Source: Candidatus Entotheonellaceae bacterium
GTDB lineage: Bacteria; Tectomicrobia; Entotheonellia; Entotheonellales; Entotheonellaceae
Assembly (NCBI GenBank): GCA_965238075.1
Contig: OZ250173.1
Span: 672,001-736,000, forward strand
Length of the DNA: 64,000 bases
Direction of reading: 5' to 3'
Shown: positions 41,049 through 50,875 of the stretch, in pieces
Layout: every line of letters starts with the position of its first letter
Numbering within the stretch: the first letter of the stretch is position 1
Translations under genes and position numbers: made by a program
The notes under the pieces: generated by a model
Seen by the model: only the letters and a program-made list of their open reading frames with translations
Database searches by the model: none
Told to the model about the DNA's origin: nothing

Positions 41049-43367
41049 ATGACCCCGCCTGGCGTTCCCTCCCCGGCGCCCCCGCTGCCCGGTAGCGGCT
41101 CGGCAGAGCGCGGTTCGCATGGCCCCGAGGCGGCGCTGATCAACAAAATTCGTGCCGCCGCCTCCCTCGACGACCTGTTTCTCAAGCTGAAAGAAGACTT
41201 GGTCGATCTGTTCGAGGTCGAGCAACTGACGCTCTACGCCATCGACCGCGAGAACCGCGAACTGTACTCGCGTTTTCTGCTCGATTCCCTGCAAGGCATT
41301 CAGGAAATCCGCGTGCCCATCGACGCCACCAGTGTGTCAGGGTACTGCGCCCGGTACGGCAAGACCCTCAACATTGGCGACGTGTATGACGCCGACGAAC
41401 TGGCGGCCATCGGCCCGCATCTGACCTTCAACTGCTCGTGGGACGAGCGCAGCGGTTTTCGCACCCGGCAGATGCTCGCCGTGCCCATCCTGGTGGACGG
41501 CAAATACCTGATGGGCGTGCTGCTGCTCATCAACAAGCGCAATAACGGGCGATTCACCGCTGAAGAGGAGAGCTTCGCGGGCACCATCGCCGAGGCCATC
41601 GGCATCGCCATTCGCCAGCACAACACCGCCACCCGGCAGCAGACGGCCAGCCAGTTCGATCATTTGCTGGAACAGGCGACCCTCTCGCGTGCCGAACTGG
41701 AAAGCGCCATGGCCGAAGCGCGCCGCCGCAACTGCGACACGGAATCGGTGTTGCTGGACACCTACCAAATTCCCAAGACGGACATCGGGCGAGCGCTGAG
41801 CCTGCACTACGGCTGCCCATTCGTGGCCTACGACGAGCGGGTGTCGGTGGATGCCGGGTTGCTGAGAGGGCTTAACGTCGACTACTTGCGGATGAATGAC
41901 TGGATGCCGCTGCGCCGCACCGGGAACCACATCGACGTGCTGGTCGACAACCCCAACGACGCGGCGAAGACCGAGCACATCCGCGCGCTGCTGCCCGGCG
42001 CCAGCCTGCGTTGGCTGGTGGCGCTGCGGCAGGACATCGCGCGCTTTCTGCAGCGCGCCAGTAGCCAACAGAACGAGTTCGGCGGCATCGAGGACATCCT
42101 GGGCGAGTTGCACGACAGCACGCCGTTGCCGCAGGACGATGAGCCGACCGCCAGCCTGCGCGAGGACGACAGCGTCATCGTGCGGCTGGGTAACCAGATC
42201 ATTCTGGATGCGCACGCCCAAGGGGCCTCGGACATTCACATCGAGCCGTACGCGGCTCGGCACGACACTGTGGTGCGGCTACGTGTCGACGGACACTGCC
42301 GGGAGTACCAACGCATCCCGCCGAGCTACCGGCGCGCCTTGGTATCCCGGCTGAAAATCATGGCGCGACTCGACATCGCCGAGCGCCGCAAGCCGCAGGA
42401 CGGCAAAATCAAGTTCCGCCTGCCTACCGGACGGGACATCGAGTTGCGGATCGCCACGGTACCGGTGGCCAGCGGCGATGAGGACGCGGTGCTGCGAATT
42501 TTCACCGCCAGCGAGCCGCTGCCGCTGTCGGCCCTGAACATGACGCCCCGCAATTTGGCGGCGTTCGAGGCGGCCATCCGCAAGCCCTACGGCCTCGTCC
42601 TGGCTGTCGGGCCCACCGGCTCGGGCAAGACCACCACGCTGCACGCCGCGCTCGGCGCCATCAACGAGCCGTCGCGCAAGATCTGGACGGCGGAGGACCC
42701 GGTCGAAATCACCCAGTACGGCCTGCGGCAGGTGCAGGTGCAGCCACGCATCGGCTTCACCTTCGCGGCTGCCATGCGGTCGTTTCTGCGCGCCGACCCG
42801 GACGTCATCATGGTCGGCGAGATGCGTGACGCCGAAACCGCTCACGTCGGCATCGAGGCGTCGCTGACCGGGCACCTGGTGTTTTCGACCCTGCACACCA
42901 ACAGCGCCCCGGAGACGGTGACGCGGCTGCTGGACATCGGGCTTGATCCGTTCAATTTCGCCGACGCGCTGGTGGCGGTTCTGGCGCAGCGGCTGGTGCG
43001 CACCCTGTGCCCGGCGTGCAAAGAGACGTATCAGCCGGACGAGACGGCGTGGGCAGCGCTGCGGCAGGCGTACGGCGAGGACGCCTTTGCCGACCTGGAC
43101 GCGCCGGGGCCGGCGGACGCCACCCTTTACCGCGCCAAAGGCTGCGAGCTGTGCCAAGGACTGGGCTACAAAGGCCGCGTTGCAGTGCACGAGTTGCTGG
43201 TGGCAAGTGATGACATCCGGCACGTTATTCAGTCGCGCGCCCGGGTGACCGACATTGCGGCCCTGGCCCGGCAGCAGGGCATGACCACCCTGTTGCAGGA
43301 CGGCGTGCTAAAGGTGTTGGGCGGACTGACGGACCTGAGCCAAGTCAAAGCCGTCGCGGACCGGTAG
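41049..43367 (+). CDS. GAF-domain GspE/PilB-family secretion ATPase
   Basis: N-terminal GAF (SGFRTRQMLAVP...LINK..FT.EEE); ASDIHIEP, GPTGSGKTT, EDPVE, LRADPDVIMVGEMRD, TGH, CxxC..CxxC. Confidence 0.9.
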   Translation: MTPPGVPSPAPPLPGSGSAERGSHGPEAALINKIRAAASLDDLFLKLKEDLVDLFEVEQLTLYAIDRENRELYSRFLLDSLQGIQEIRVPIDATSVSGYCARYGKTLNIGDVYDADELAAIGPHLTFNCSWDERSGFRTRQMLAVPILVDGKYLMGVLLLINKRNNGRFTAEEESFAGTIAEAIGIAIRQHNTATRQQTASQFDHLLEQATLSRAELESAMAEARRRNCDTESVLLDTYQIPKTDIGRALSLHYGCPFVAYDERVSVDAGLLRGLNVDYLRMNDWMPLRRTGNHIDVLVDNPNDAAKTEHIRALLPGASLRWLVALRQDIARFLQRASSQQNEFGGIEDILGELHDSTPLPQDDEPTASLREDDSVIVRLGNQIILDAHAQGASDIHIEPYAARHDTVVRLRVDGHCREYQRIPPSYRRALVSRLKIMARLDIAERRKPQDGKIKFRLPTGRDIELRIATVPVASGDEDAVLRIFTASEPLPLSALNMTPRNLAAFEAAIRKPYGLVLAVGPTGSGKTTTLHAALGAINEPSRKIWTAEDPVEITQYGLRQVQVQPRIGFTFAAAMRSFLRADPDVIMVGEMRDAETAHVGIEASLTGHLVFSTLHTNSAPETVTRLLDIGLDPFNFADALVAVLAQRLVRTLCPACKETYQPDETAWAALRQAYGEDAFADLDAPGPADATLYRAKGCELCQGLGYKGRVAVHELLVASDDIRHVIQSRARVTDIAALARQQGMTTLLQDGVLKVLGGLTDLSQVKAVADR

Positions 43368-43379
43368 ACGAGAACCCCT

Positions 43380-43994
43380 ATGCCACACCTGAAGCTCCCG
43401 GATGGCGCTCTGATTTCCTATGAATCCGCCGGCGACGGCTTCCCCCTTCTCCTGCTTCCCGGCCCCGAGGGCATCGCCGCCTGGTTGCCCCACATGCCCC
43501 TCTTCGGCGAGCTTTGCCACGTCATTGCTTACGAGTTTTGCCAGCCGCAACCGACCACCGAATACCTATCCGCCCTTCTCGACGCCCTGCATCTGGAGCG
43601 CGTCTACCTGGCCAGCCCTGTTCCCGCCTGGATGCCAGCCTTGCAGGTCGCCCGCCGTCGTCCCGAAGCTCTCGAAGCCCTCCTCCTCGTGGACCTTCCC
43701 GGCTCGGCGGCCAAGGCTCCACCGCTTGATTCCACCCTCGCCACACATCTGTCCAGCCTGACCCTGCCGACCTTCATCCTGCTCGCCCACGAGGCCAGCC
43801 CCGCGCGTGCCGCTGCCGACCTCCTCTCAACCCATCTCCCCCATTGCCGAACCCTCACCATGGGTCGGCTTGGCCAGGGCCAACCCGATCTTCCCAAGGC
43901 ACCCCACCGCCAGTTCCCGCACCTCATGATGCGCTTCCTCCTCGACCGCGAACGGCATCGCAACCTTGTTCGCGGCGCCTCCTTCTTGTTGTAA
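43380..43994 (+). CDS. Alpha/beta-hydrolase-fold-like protein, catalytic motifs degenerate
   Basis: ISYESAGDGFPLLLLPG, LLDALHLERVYL, LTLPTFIL; no GxSxG. Confidence 0.55.
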   Translation: MPHLKLPDGALISYESAGDGFPLLLLPGPEGIAAWLPHMPLFGELCHVIAYEFCQPQPTTEYLSALLDALHLERVYLASPVPAWMPALQVARRRPEALEALLLVDLPGSAAKAPPLDSTLATHLSSLTLPTFILLAHEASPARAAADLLSTHLPHCRTLTMGRLGQGQPDLPKAPHRQFPHLMMRFLLDRERHRNLVRGASFLL

Positions 43995-44104
43995 CAGCAG
44001 GTTTGCAAGCGGCCGCCGCAATCACAAGACTGAAATTCCGGGAGGCGGAGCGCCGGGCTCGTTTGTAAACGATGTTCGGTTTGCGCACTGCCCCGCACCC
44101 CGGA

Positions 44105-44382
44105 TCAGGTCCGGGGCAGGCTTTGATCCAGGGGTCGGGGTGAAGGGGAAATACGCGATTCGTTGATGACGTCCAGGTGTTCGTCCCATTCCAATTCCAC
44201 CTTTGGACCTTCCAACGCGTCGCAGCCGCGGCAGAACCTTTCGAGGTCCTCTGATGACTTGAAGGGGTCGGTTCGCTGTTGTTCTTCGAGCCGCTGACGG
44301 GCAGCGCTCCTCAGCCACGCGCTCAGCGTCATGCCTTCTCTTCGCGCCTGGTGGACAAAGCGGTCGCGGTCCTCATCGGTGC
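44105..44382 (-). pseudogene. N-terminally truncated ribbon-helix-helix-type antitoxin
   Basis: DEDRDRFVHQARREGMTLSAWLRSAARQRL...; no start codon or RBS for the upstream part; the 3' end runs into a palindromic repeat. Confidence 0.45.
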
Positions 44383-44519
44383 TGCGCCGCCTGCAAGTTG
44401 GTATGAACCGCTGGAGTGTCTCTCGACACCAGTACCGGACAAAAACAAGTCGGTCAGCTTTTGGGTGGACGGAAATCCGGCCGGCAACGACGAACCGGCG
44501 CCCTACAGGATCGCGGTTT

Positions 44520-44921
44520 TCATGGGTGGGGTCTCGGTCTTGCCGCCTCGTCGTCCGTCGTGCGCGGGTCGGTCTTGATGAGCGATTCCGCCGGGATGCC
44601 CAGCCCCTGGTGCAGCCGCCAGATCATCTTCAGGCTCAGCGGGCGCTTGCGGTTGAGAACCTCGTAGACCCGACTGCGGCTGCCGATGTAAGGCACCAAG
44701 TCCTTGGGCGCCAGCGCGTTCTGTTCCATGTGATAACGGACCGCGGCGACCGGATCGGGAAGATCGAGCGGGTAGTGCTTGGCTTCCCAGGCCTCGACGA
44801 GCGTCACCAGGACATCAAGACGGTCGCCCTCCGGCGTGTTGCGCTTCGCCGTCATCAGGCCCTCGATCTCCTTCAGCGTCCGCTGGTAGTCCCGCTTGGT
44901 CTTGATCGGTGCGATATCCAT
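44520..44921 (-). CDS. higA: HigA-type HTH antitoxin
   Basis: MDIAPIKTKRDY...DRLDVLVTLVEAWEAKHYP...IGSRSRVYEVLNRKRPLSLKMIWRLHQGLGIPAESL. Confidence 0.88.
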   Translation of the reverse strand: MDIAPIKTKRDYQRTLKEIEGLMTAKRNTPEGDRLDVLVTLVEAWEAKHYPLDLPDPVAAVRYHMEQNALAPKDLVPYIGSRSRVYEVLNRKRPLSLKMIWRLHQGLGIPAESLIKTDPRTTDDEAARPRPHP

Positions 44922-44931
44922 GGCTCGGCCC

Positions 44932-45234
44932 TCAAATCGTCTGGGCATCGATGGCGTCGTAGTCCCGGTGGCTGCCGATGAACCGGATGTAGACGACGCG
45001 GTAGGGAAAATTGATCCACACTACGATGCGGTACTTGCTGCCGGCGACGTTGAACATCGCCCGGCCGTCCTTGAGGATGCTGACGCTGCGGATGCCCCGC
45101 TTGACCTGGGCGGGGCTGCCCCAGTCGGCGGCCTTGACCTGGCGGTACCACGCCATTACCGGCTCGCGGGCGTCGGCATGGGCGGGATCCGCGTCGCTGA
45201 AGGGCTTCAGCGTTGCCAGCGCGATGAGCCTCAT
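44932..45234 (-). CDS. higB: HigB-type (RelE superfamily) toxin
   Basis: MRLIA..TL...AWY...ADW..P...FNVAGSKYRIVV...VYIRFIGSHRDYDAID; toxin-first order. Confidence 0.88.
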   Translation of the reverse strand: MRLIALATLKPFSDADPAHADAREPVMAWYRQVKAADWGSPAQVKRGIRSVSILKDGRAMFNVAGSKYRIVVWINFPYRVVYIRFIGSHRDYDAIDAQTI

Positions 45235-45253
45235 GACGAGTACGATAGCATGA

Positions 45254-45316
45254 TCCCATATGGGCACCAAAGCCGAGTGTCCCGATACGGGAACTGCAGA
45301 ATTTCCCTATTTGGGA
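45254..45316. promoter_or_regulatory. Three TCCC-N4/5-GGG palindromes upstream of higB (candidate HigA operators)
   Basis: tcccatatggg (45254), tcccgatacggga (45280), tccctatttggga (45304). Confidence 0.5.
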
Positions 45317-45519
45317 CGTGAAATCAATCAGACCCTTTCACAGCGGGAGGAGTCAGTTCCGGCGGCCTTACCCGCCCCAGGCGCTCGCGGCCATACGTGC
45401 GGGTTCGTCCTTGGCATAGCAGCCGTCCCGATCGTAATAGCCGGTATCTCGCGCCAGCGAGGCGACCATCGCCCGAGGCCCCCGTCAGATTGCGGTCGCG
45501 AATCCCTGGCAGCGTTCCG

Positions 45520-45708
45520 TTATCGACGCCCGCGGATGTGGTACAGGTAGTACGCCTGCAGAGCGGCGGCGAGCAGCGGGACGCCGATTCGCAACACCAT
45601 TCCCAGCCAGCTGGCGTGCTCGCCGCGCCAGCCGAGACGAATGGCCAGCAGCAGGCAAACGACAATACCGCTGCTGATGAGAATGCGGTGAATTCTCAAG
45701 AGTGTCAT
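45520..45708 (-). CDS. Small two-TM hypothetical protein
   Basis: MTLLRIHRILISSGIVVCLLLAIRL...IGVPLLAAALQAYYLYHI; GAGG upstream. Confidence 0.5.
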   Translation of the reverse strand: MTLLRIHRILISSGIVVCLLLAIRLGWRGEHASWLGMVLRIGVPLLAAALQAYYLYHIRGRR

Positions 45709-45828
45709 GTGGTGGAACCTCGTGTCAGGGGGTCGGTGGGCCGTGCGCCGTGCAGGGCGAGGGCCGGGTGACGCCGCGTGCACCCGACCTGCGTGGGAAT
45801 GACGGTGGCCTCGGAGAAGAAAAACAGG

Positions 45829-46974
45829 TCAATAGGTGCGGGTAACACGGTACGGGGTGATTTCGGCGTGGGTGAAGCCGGCCTGGGGCGAGTGGAATTC
45901 GACCTGGAGAACGTAGCCCTCGGCGTCGCGGATATAGTTGACGAACCGAAAGCCGGCCGCGGATTCGCTGTCCGGGATTTGGCGGCGCTTTCTGCCGTGT
46001 TGCGAGACAAGCTGGCGCAGGCTTTGCCAGTCACGGATCAAGGTCTCATCCGGCGGGACGTTGTTGTTATCGACCGTGTAGCGGCTGATCGCCTCGCGGA
46101 TGTTCTGGAAATACCTTTCCAAGTCCGCGTCGACGACCTGGACCGCTTGTTTCTTTAGCTTCAGACGCTGCGCCAGGCGTTTCCAGAAGCGCTGCTTTTT
46201 GGGCTCCGACTCGGCGGCCGCAGCGTTGACCTGAGAAGGGGCGCGGAAGGTATCGTTGAATCCCTGCAAGGTAGCGTGAAATTGGGCGTCGGACAGGAGC
46301 CGACCGACATCCGTCGAGGTTGTCGTGACGAGGGGTTCCTGAGGCGGCGGTTGCGGCGCGCCGGTCCCCGGCTGCGGAGCCGTGGCGCCCGCTTGACCAG
46401 CCGGTGCGCGCGCCACCTGACTGCCGGGAACCTGCCGCAAACGGGCGAATCTGGCGTCCATGATCGCGCTGATCAACCATATGTCGACCTCGCGGATGAG
46501 CGTAAACCGCAACCGCGACTCCTCCATGGGAAAATTCACCGTGGTCAGATAGGTATCGATTGCCGTAATGATCTCATACGGCTCCGCGCCTTGCTTCGGC
46601 AGCACCGCCCATTCGTACAGGTGCGCCACGTCGGGCGAGGACCGAATCGCCGTCACGTATACCTGATTCTCGCCAACCGGCGTCGTACCGGTGATGGTGT
46701 AGCGGAACGTCTGCACGAACTTCTGGCTGAGGAACAAATCCGCCGTCGCCGTGGGGAGCCCGGCACCGCGCGCGCCAAATAGCCAGTTGCCAAAAATCGA
46801 CCCATCCATGTTGGCGCTTTCCAGCGTCAGGGTGCGGGCGTCGGCAAACCGACCCCGCGACAACGCCGCGATGTACTGCTCCACCACTCTGTCCGGCTCG
46901 CTCTGGGCGTATGCCAAGCCGCTCGCCTGCAGCAACATTGCCGCGCCCACCAGCATCCAACCGCTTCGCAACAT
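45829..46974 (-). CDS. Secreted two-domain hypothetical protein
   Basis: Signal peptide ending AYA-Q; Pro/Ala-rich linker; GGAGG RBS. Confidence 0.7.
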   Translation of the reverse strand: MLRSGWMLVGAAMLLQASGLAYAQSEPDRVVEQYIAALSRGRFADARTLTLESANMDGSIFGNWLFGARGAGLPTATADLFLSQKFVQTFRYTITGTTPVGENQVYVTAIRSSPDVAHLYEWAVLPKQGAEPYEIITAIDTYLTTVNFPMEESRLRFTLIREVDIWLISAIMDARFARLRQVPGSQVARAPAGQAGATAPQPGTGAPQPPPQEPLVTTTSTDVGRLLSDAQFHATLQGFNDTFRAPSQVNAAAAESEPKKQRFWKRLAQRLKLKKQAVQVVDADLERYFQNIREAISRYTVDNNNVPPDETLIRDWQSLRQLVSQHGRKRRQIPDSESAAGFRFVNYIRDAEGYVLQVEFHSPQAGFTHAEITPYRVTRTY

Positions 46975-47083
46975 CCGTTTCCGCCTCCCGAACTGTGCAT
47001 GTGTCAACGATGTAGAACCCTGAATTCTTACCATAACACGACGGCCGAATGCACGTGCTTTGATAGCGTCTCACTGCGGATTT

Positions 47084-47122
47084 CCCCCTCACCCCAACCC
47101 TCTCCTACTGAGGGGAGAGGGA
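47084..47122. repeat. CCCCTCACCCCAACCCTCTCC...GGAGAGGG REP-like hairpin
   Basis: ccctctcc / ggagaggg stem seen directly. Confidence 0.55.
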
Positions 47123-47320
47123 GCCGCAACTGTCCTTTCAGCCCCTTGCGGCAAGAAAGCGGAGTCGCGGGCGAACCCACGCGGCTATTTGAATTCGCCA
47201 TCCGGTGTGCTACACTTCGCAAATTCCCGGCGGCATGCGCTGTTCACGCCGCACACGTGGTTTCAGGGCGACCCAACAAACCCCCTTTTCACACTGTCCG
47301 CGTCATTAAGGAGAAGTCAG

Positions 47321-47632
47321 ATGATCACCATCACGGAAGCCGCCGCCGAAAAGATCAAGGAGTTGGCCCCCGATTCTCAACACGCGCTGCGCATGCGGGT
47401 TGTTGGGGGCGGCTGCTCGGGCCTGCAATATCAGATGGGCCTCGAAGACGAGCAGAATCCCGGCGACAAGGTGTTGACCAGCAACGGCATCAAAGTCCTC
47501 GTCGACATGAAAAGCGCCTTGTACCTCGCCGGCGCCGAAGTCGATTACATCAACGGCTTGATGGAATCTGGCTTCAAAATCACCAATCCCAACGCCAAGA
47601 CGACGTGCGGCTGCGGACAGTCGTTCCACTAA
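47321..47632 (+). CDS. erpA: HesB/IscA/ErpA Fe-S carrier
   Basis: GGGCSGLQY, NPNAKTTCGCGQSF; AAGGAG RBS. Confidence 0.9.
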   Translation: MITITEAAAEKIKELAPDSQHALRMRVVGGGCSGLQYQMGLEDEQNPGDKVLTSNGIKVLVDMKSALYLAGAEVDYINGLMESGFKITNPNAKTTCGCGQSFH

Positions 47633-47751
47633 CCCGCGCCTGACACCAGCCCCCACGAACGCCCCGGCGCTCTGGGGGCTTCAGCGTTCTTGCCCACTCA
47701 TCCGACGTTGCCCCTCCTCCGCTTTCGGTATCCGTATGGAGAGCACCGCCC

Positions 47752-48126
47752 ATGTTTGACGGTTTCTACAACGCCTTCTGGTTCCTGATCGTCGGCTGCC
47801 TGTTCGTCCTCGTGAACCTCTTCGTCAGCAGTCTCATTCGCCCGGCCGACCCGCATGAAGAAAAGCTCCTGCCCTACGAATGCGGCGAGGAATCCAGCGG
47901 TACCGGTTTCGTGCGCTTCAACCCCCGCTTTTACGTCATCGGCCTCATCTTCCTCATTTTCGACATCGAAACCGTGTTTATCTTCCCCTGGGCCGTCATC
48001 CTCAAAGGCGCCGGCCCCTTCGTGCTTATCGAGATGCTCATTTTCCTGGCCATTCTGGTGGTCGGGTTGGTCTACGCCTGGGGCAAAGGCGACTTGGAAT
48101 GGATCAAACAGCCAACCCAGTGGTAA
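47752..48126 (+). CDS. nuoA: NADH:quinone oxidoreductase subunit A
   Basis: PYECG, FYVIGLIFLIFDIETVFIFPWA, YAWGKGDLEW. Confidence 0.95.
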   Translation: MFDGFYNAFWFLIVGCLFVLVNLFVSSLIRPADPHEEKLLPYECGEESSGTGFVRFNPRFYVIGLIFLIFDIETVFIFPWAVILKGAGPFVLIEMLIFLAILVVGLVYAWGKGDLEWIKQPTQW

Positions 48127-48176
48127 GGCCGCGCGGCCTGGTGCCGGTGACAACGGCGTGACGTAAGGAGAGGTGT

Positions 48177-49259
48177 GTGCTGATCGAATGGGTGGCGTGG
48201 CTGATGCGCGCGGTTGCCGAGTTTGTCCTGCCTTTCACGGCTTCCTGGACCTGGATTCCCTGGTACACCATTGCCCTGCTACACGTTGCCGCGATCCTAT
48301 TAGTGGTTATTTCCATCCTCACCATGTTTCTCGTCTGGCTGGAGCGCAAGGTGTCGGCTCACATGCAGGACCGCCTGGGCCCAATGCGGGTGGGCGGCTG
48401 GCACGGCTGGGCGCAGTCCATTGCCGACGGGCTCAAGCTGTTGCTCAAGGAAGACATCATCCCGGCAATGGCCGACAAGCCGGTGTTCAAAATCGCCCCG
48501 CTGCTGATTTTCGGGGCGACCTTCATGTCCTTCGTCGTGTTGCCGTTCAGCCAGGTCATCATCGTTTCCAACCTGAACATTGGGGTCTTGTTCATCTACG
48601 GCATCTCGACGGTAGTGGTCATCGGCATCATCATGGCGGGCTGGGCGTCCAACAACAAATGGTCGCTGCTCGGTGCCATGCGGTCGGCAGCGCAGTTGGT
48701 GAGTTACGAAATTCCAGTCGGCCTGTCCTTGCTCGCCGGTGTGGTGATGGCAGGGTCGCTGAGCACGGTGGAAATCAGTCTGGCCCAGAGCGGCGGCGTC
48801 TGGAACTGGTTCATCTGGCGCTGCTTCCCGTTCGGCTTCCTTGCTGCCATCGCACTTTACATCGGCGCACTGGCGGAAACCAACCGCACACCGTTCGACT
48901 TGGCAGAGGCCGAGTCGGAGCTGGTATCCGGCTACCACACCGAGTACAGCGGCTTTCGCTGGGCCCTCTTCTTCCTTGCCGAATACGCCAACATGTTCGT
49001 GGCCAGCGCCCTCGTCGTGGTGCTCTTCCTCGGCGGTTTCTCCGGCATCATCCCCATCGACTTCGTCCCCGACGTGATCTCCGGACCGTTCTGGTTCCTC
49101 TCGAAAACGTTGTTCCTCGTCTTCGTGATGATGTGGATTCGCTGGACGCTGCCGCGCCTGCGTGTCGACCAGCTCATGGGCATGTGCTGGAAGTACCTGA
49201 TCCCCATCGCCCTGGTCAATCTGGGAGCGATTGGCCTGTGGACCTCCATGAGCGGCTAA
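48177..49259 (+). CDS. nuoH: NADH:quinone oxidoreductase subunit H
   Basis: [50 protein letters not shown]. Confidence 0.96.
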   Translation: MLIEWVAWLMRAVAEFVLPFTASWTWIPWYTIALLHVAAILLVVISILTMFLVWLERKVSAHMQDRLGPMRVGGWHGWAQSIADGLKLLLKEDIIPAMADKPVFKIAPLLIFGATFMSFVVLPFSQVIIVSNLNIGVLFIYGISTVVVIGIIMAGWASNNKWSLLGAMRSAAQLVSYEIPVGLSLLAGVVMAGSLSTVEISLAQSGGVWNWFIWRCFPFGFLAAIALYIGALAETNRTPFDLAEAESELVSGYHTEYSGFRWALFFLAEYANMFVASALVVVLFLGGFSGIIPIDFVPDVISGPFWFLSKTLFLVFVMMWIRWTLPRLRVDQLMGMCWKYLIPIALVNLGAIGLWTSMSG

Positions 49260-49291
49260 CATCCGTACCCGACCTACCCTAGGATTTAACC

Positions 49292-50869
49292 ATGGCGAAA
49301 AAGCTGACGATTGACGGCAAGGAAATTACCGCGCGGGACGACGCCACCATTATCCAGGCGGCGCACGAGGCGGGGATCGTCATTCCCCACTACTGCTACC
49401 ACCCCAAGCTCAGCGTCGCCGGCAATTGCCGTATGTGCCTGATCGAGCTCGAAGGCCGCCCCAAGCTCGAAATCAGCTGCAACACCCCGGTGGCCGACGA
49501 CATGGTCGTGTACACCAACTCGCCGAAAGTCGTCGAGGGCCGCCGCGGGGTGCTGGAATTCCTGCTCATCAACCACCCGCTCGACTGCCCCATCTGCGAC
49601 CAAGCCGGCGAGTGCGGCTTGCAGGATTACTACATGTCGTACGGCCTGTACCAGAGCCGCTTCCAGGAAGAAAAGGTCCACGGCCGCAAGGTGGTCGATT
49701 TCGGTCCCGACGTCGTCTTCGACTCCGAACGCTGCATCCTGTGCACCCGCTGCGTGCGCTTCTGCGACGAGGTGACGCACACCAACGAACTCGGCATTTT
49801 CGAGCGCGGCGACAGCGCCCAGATCGCCATGTTTCCCGGCAAGCAACTGGACAATCCCTACGCCGGCAACACCGTGGACATATGCCCCGTCGGCGCCCTG
49901 ACGAGCAAGGATTTCCGCTTCAAGATTCGCGTGTGGTTCCTGCAGGAGACGCCGTCGGTGTGCCCGGGCTGCGCACGCGGTTGCAACACCAGCGTGCACC
50001 ACCACGACGGGCGGGTGTATCGCCTGAAACCGCGCCGCAACGATGAAGTCAACGACACTTGGATGTGCGACGCCGGGCGCTTCGGATACAAATCGCTGCA
50101 CGACAACAGGCTATCGCAGCCTGCCGTGCAGGACGAAACGGGCGAACTTGCGCCGGCCGCAATGCAAGAGGCTCTGGCGCGTGCCGCTGACCTGCTGCGA
50201 GAGCGCGACCCTGCCACCATTGCGGTGCTGGCCGCCCCGCAGGGCACCAATGAGGACTGCTATCTGTTGGCCAGACTGACCGCCGAGATGCTGCCCGGAT
50301 GCCGGGTAGCCATGACTGTCGGCGAGCTTGGCGATGAGGATGGATTTCTGCTGCGTGCCGACAAGAACCCCAACACGCGCGGCGCCCAGGACATGGGCCT
50401 GGCGGGGCCCGCTTCCCCGGATGATCTGACGCAACTGGTCGCTGCCATCGAAGCCGGCACAATTGAGATGTTGGTCGCCATCGACGTTGATCTCAAGGCC
50501 GTCTTTGGCGCCGAAACCTTCGCGCGCCTGGCGGCAAAACTGCAGGGCCTGATCGTACAAGGCTCAACGATGCGTCCGGGCCACGAGGCAGCGCAAGTGC
50601 TGTTACCGTCAGCCGCGTACGTCGAGCGCGACGGCACCTTCACCAATTTTCAGGGTCGGATTCAGCGCATCAACGCCGCCTTCGCACCGCCGGGCGCCTC
50701 GCAGCCGGCTTGGCGCATCTACAGGCGGCTTGCCAATCTGCTCGGGGCCGACTGGAATTACCCGAATCACGAAGCGGTCTGGGCGGACATCGCCGACACC
50801 ATTCCCGGCTACGGCGTCGATAATGCCGTCATCGGCGATCAGGGTTGCCTTATTTCCAGCGAGAGTTGA
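49292..50869 (+). CDS. nuoG: NuoG-like Fe-S subunit (short, 525 aa)
   Basis: CYH...GNCRMC...C (2Fe-2S); HPLDCPICDQAGEC; CILCTRC...CP; CPGCARGC...C; ERDGTFTN. Confidence 0.88.
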   Translation: MAKKLTIDGKEITARDDATIIQAAHEAGIVIPHYCYHPKLSVAGNCRMCLIELEGRPKLEISCNTPVADDMVVYTNSPKVVEGRRGVLEFLLINHPLDCPICDQAGECGLQDYYMSYGLYQSRFQEEKVHGRKVVDFGPDVVFDSERCILCTRCVRFCDEVTHTNELGIFERGDSAQIAMFPGKQLDNPYAGNTVDICPVGALTSKDFRFKIRVWFLQETPSVCPGCARGCNTSVHHHDGRVYRLKPRRNDEVNDTWMCDAGRFGYKSLHDNRLSQPAVQDETGELAPAAMQEALARAADLLRERDPATIAVLAAPQGTNEDCYLLARLTAEMLPGCRVAMTVGELGDEDGFLLRADKNPNTRGAQDMGLAGPASPDDLTQLVAAIEAGTIEMLVAIDVDLKAVFGAETFARLAAKLQGLIVQGSTMRPGHEAAQVLLPSAAYVERDGTFTNFQGRIQRINAAFAPPGASQPAWRIYRRLANLLGADWNYPNHEAVWADIADTIPGYGVDNAVIGDQGCLISSES

Positions 50870-50875
50870 CACACT

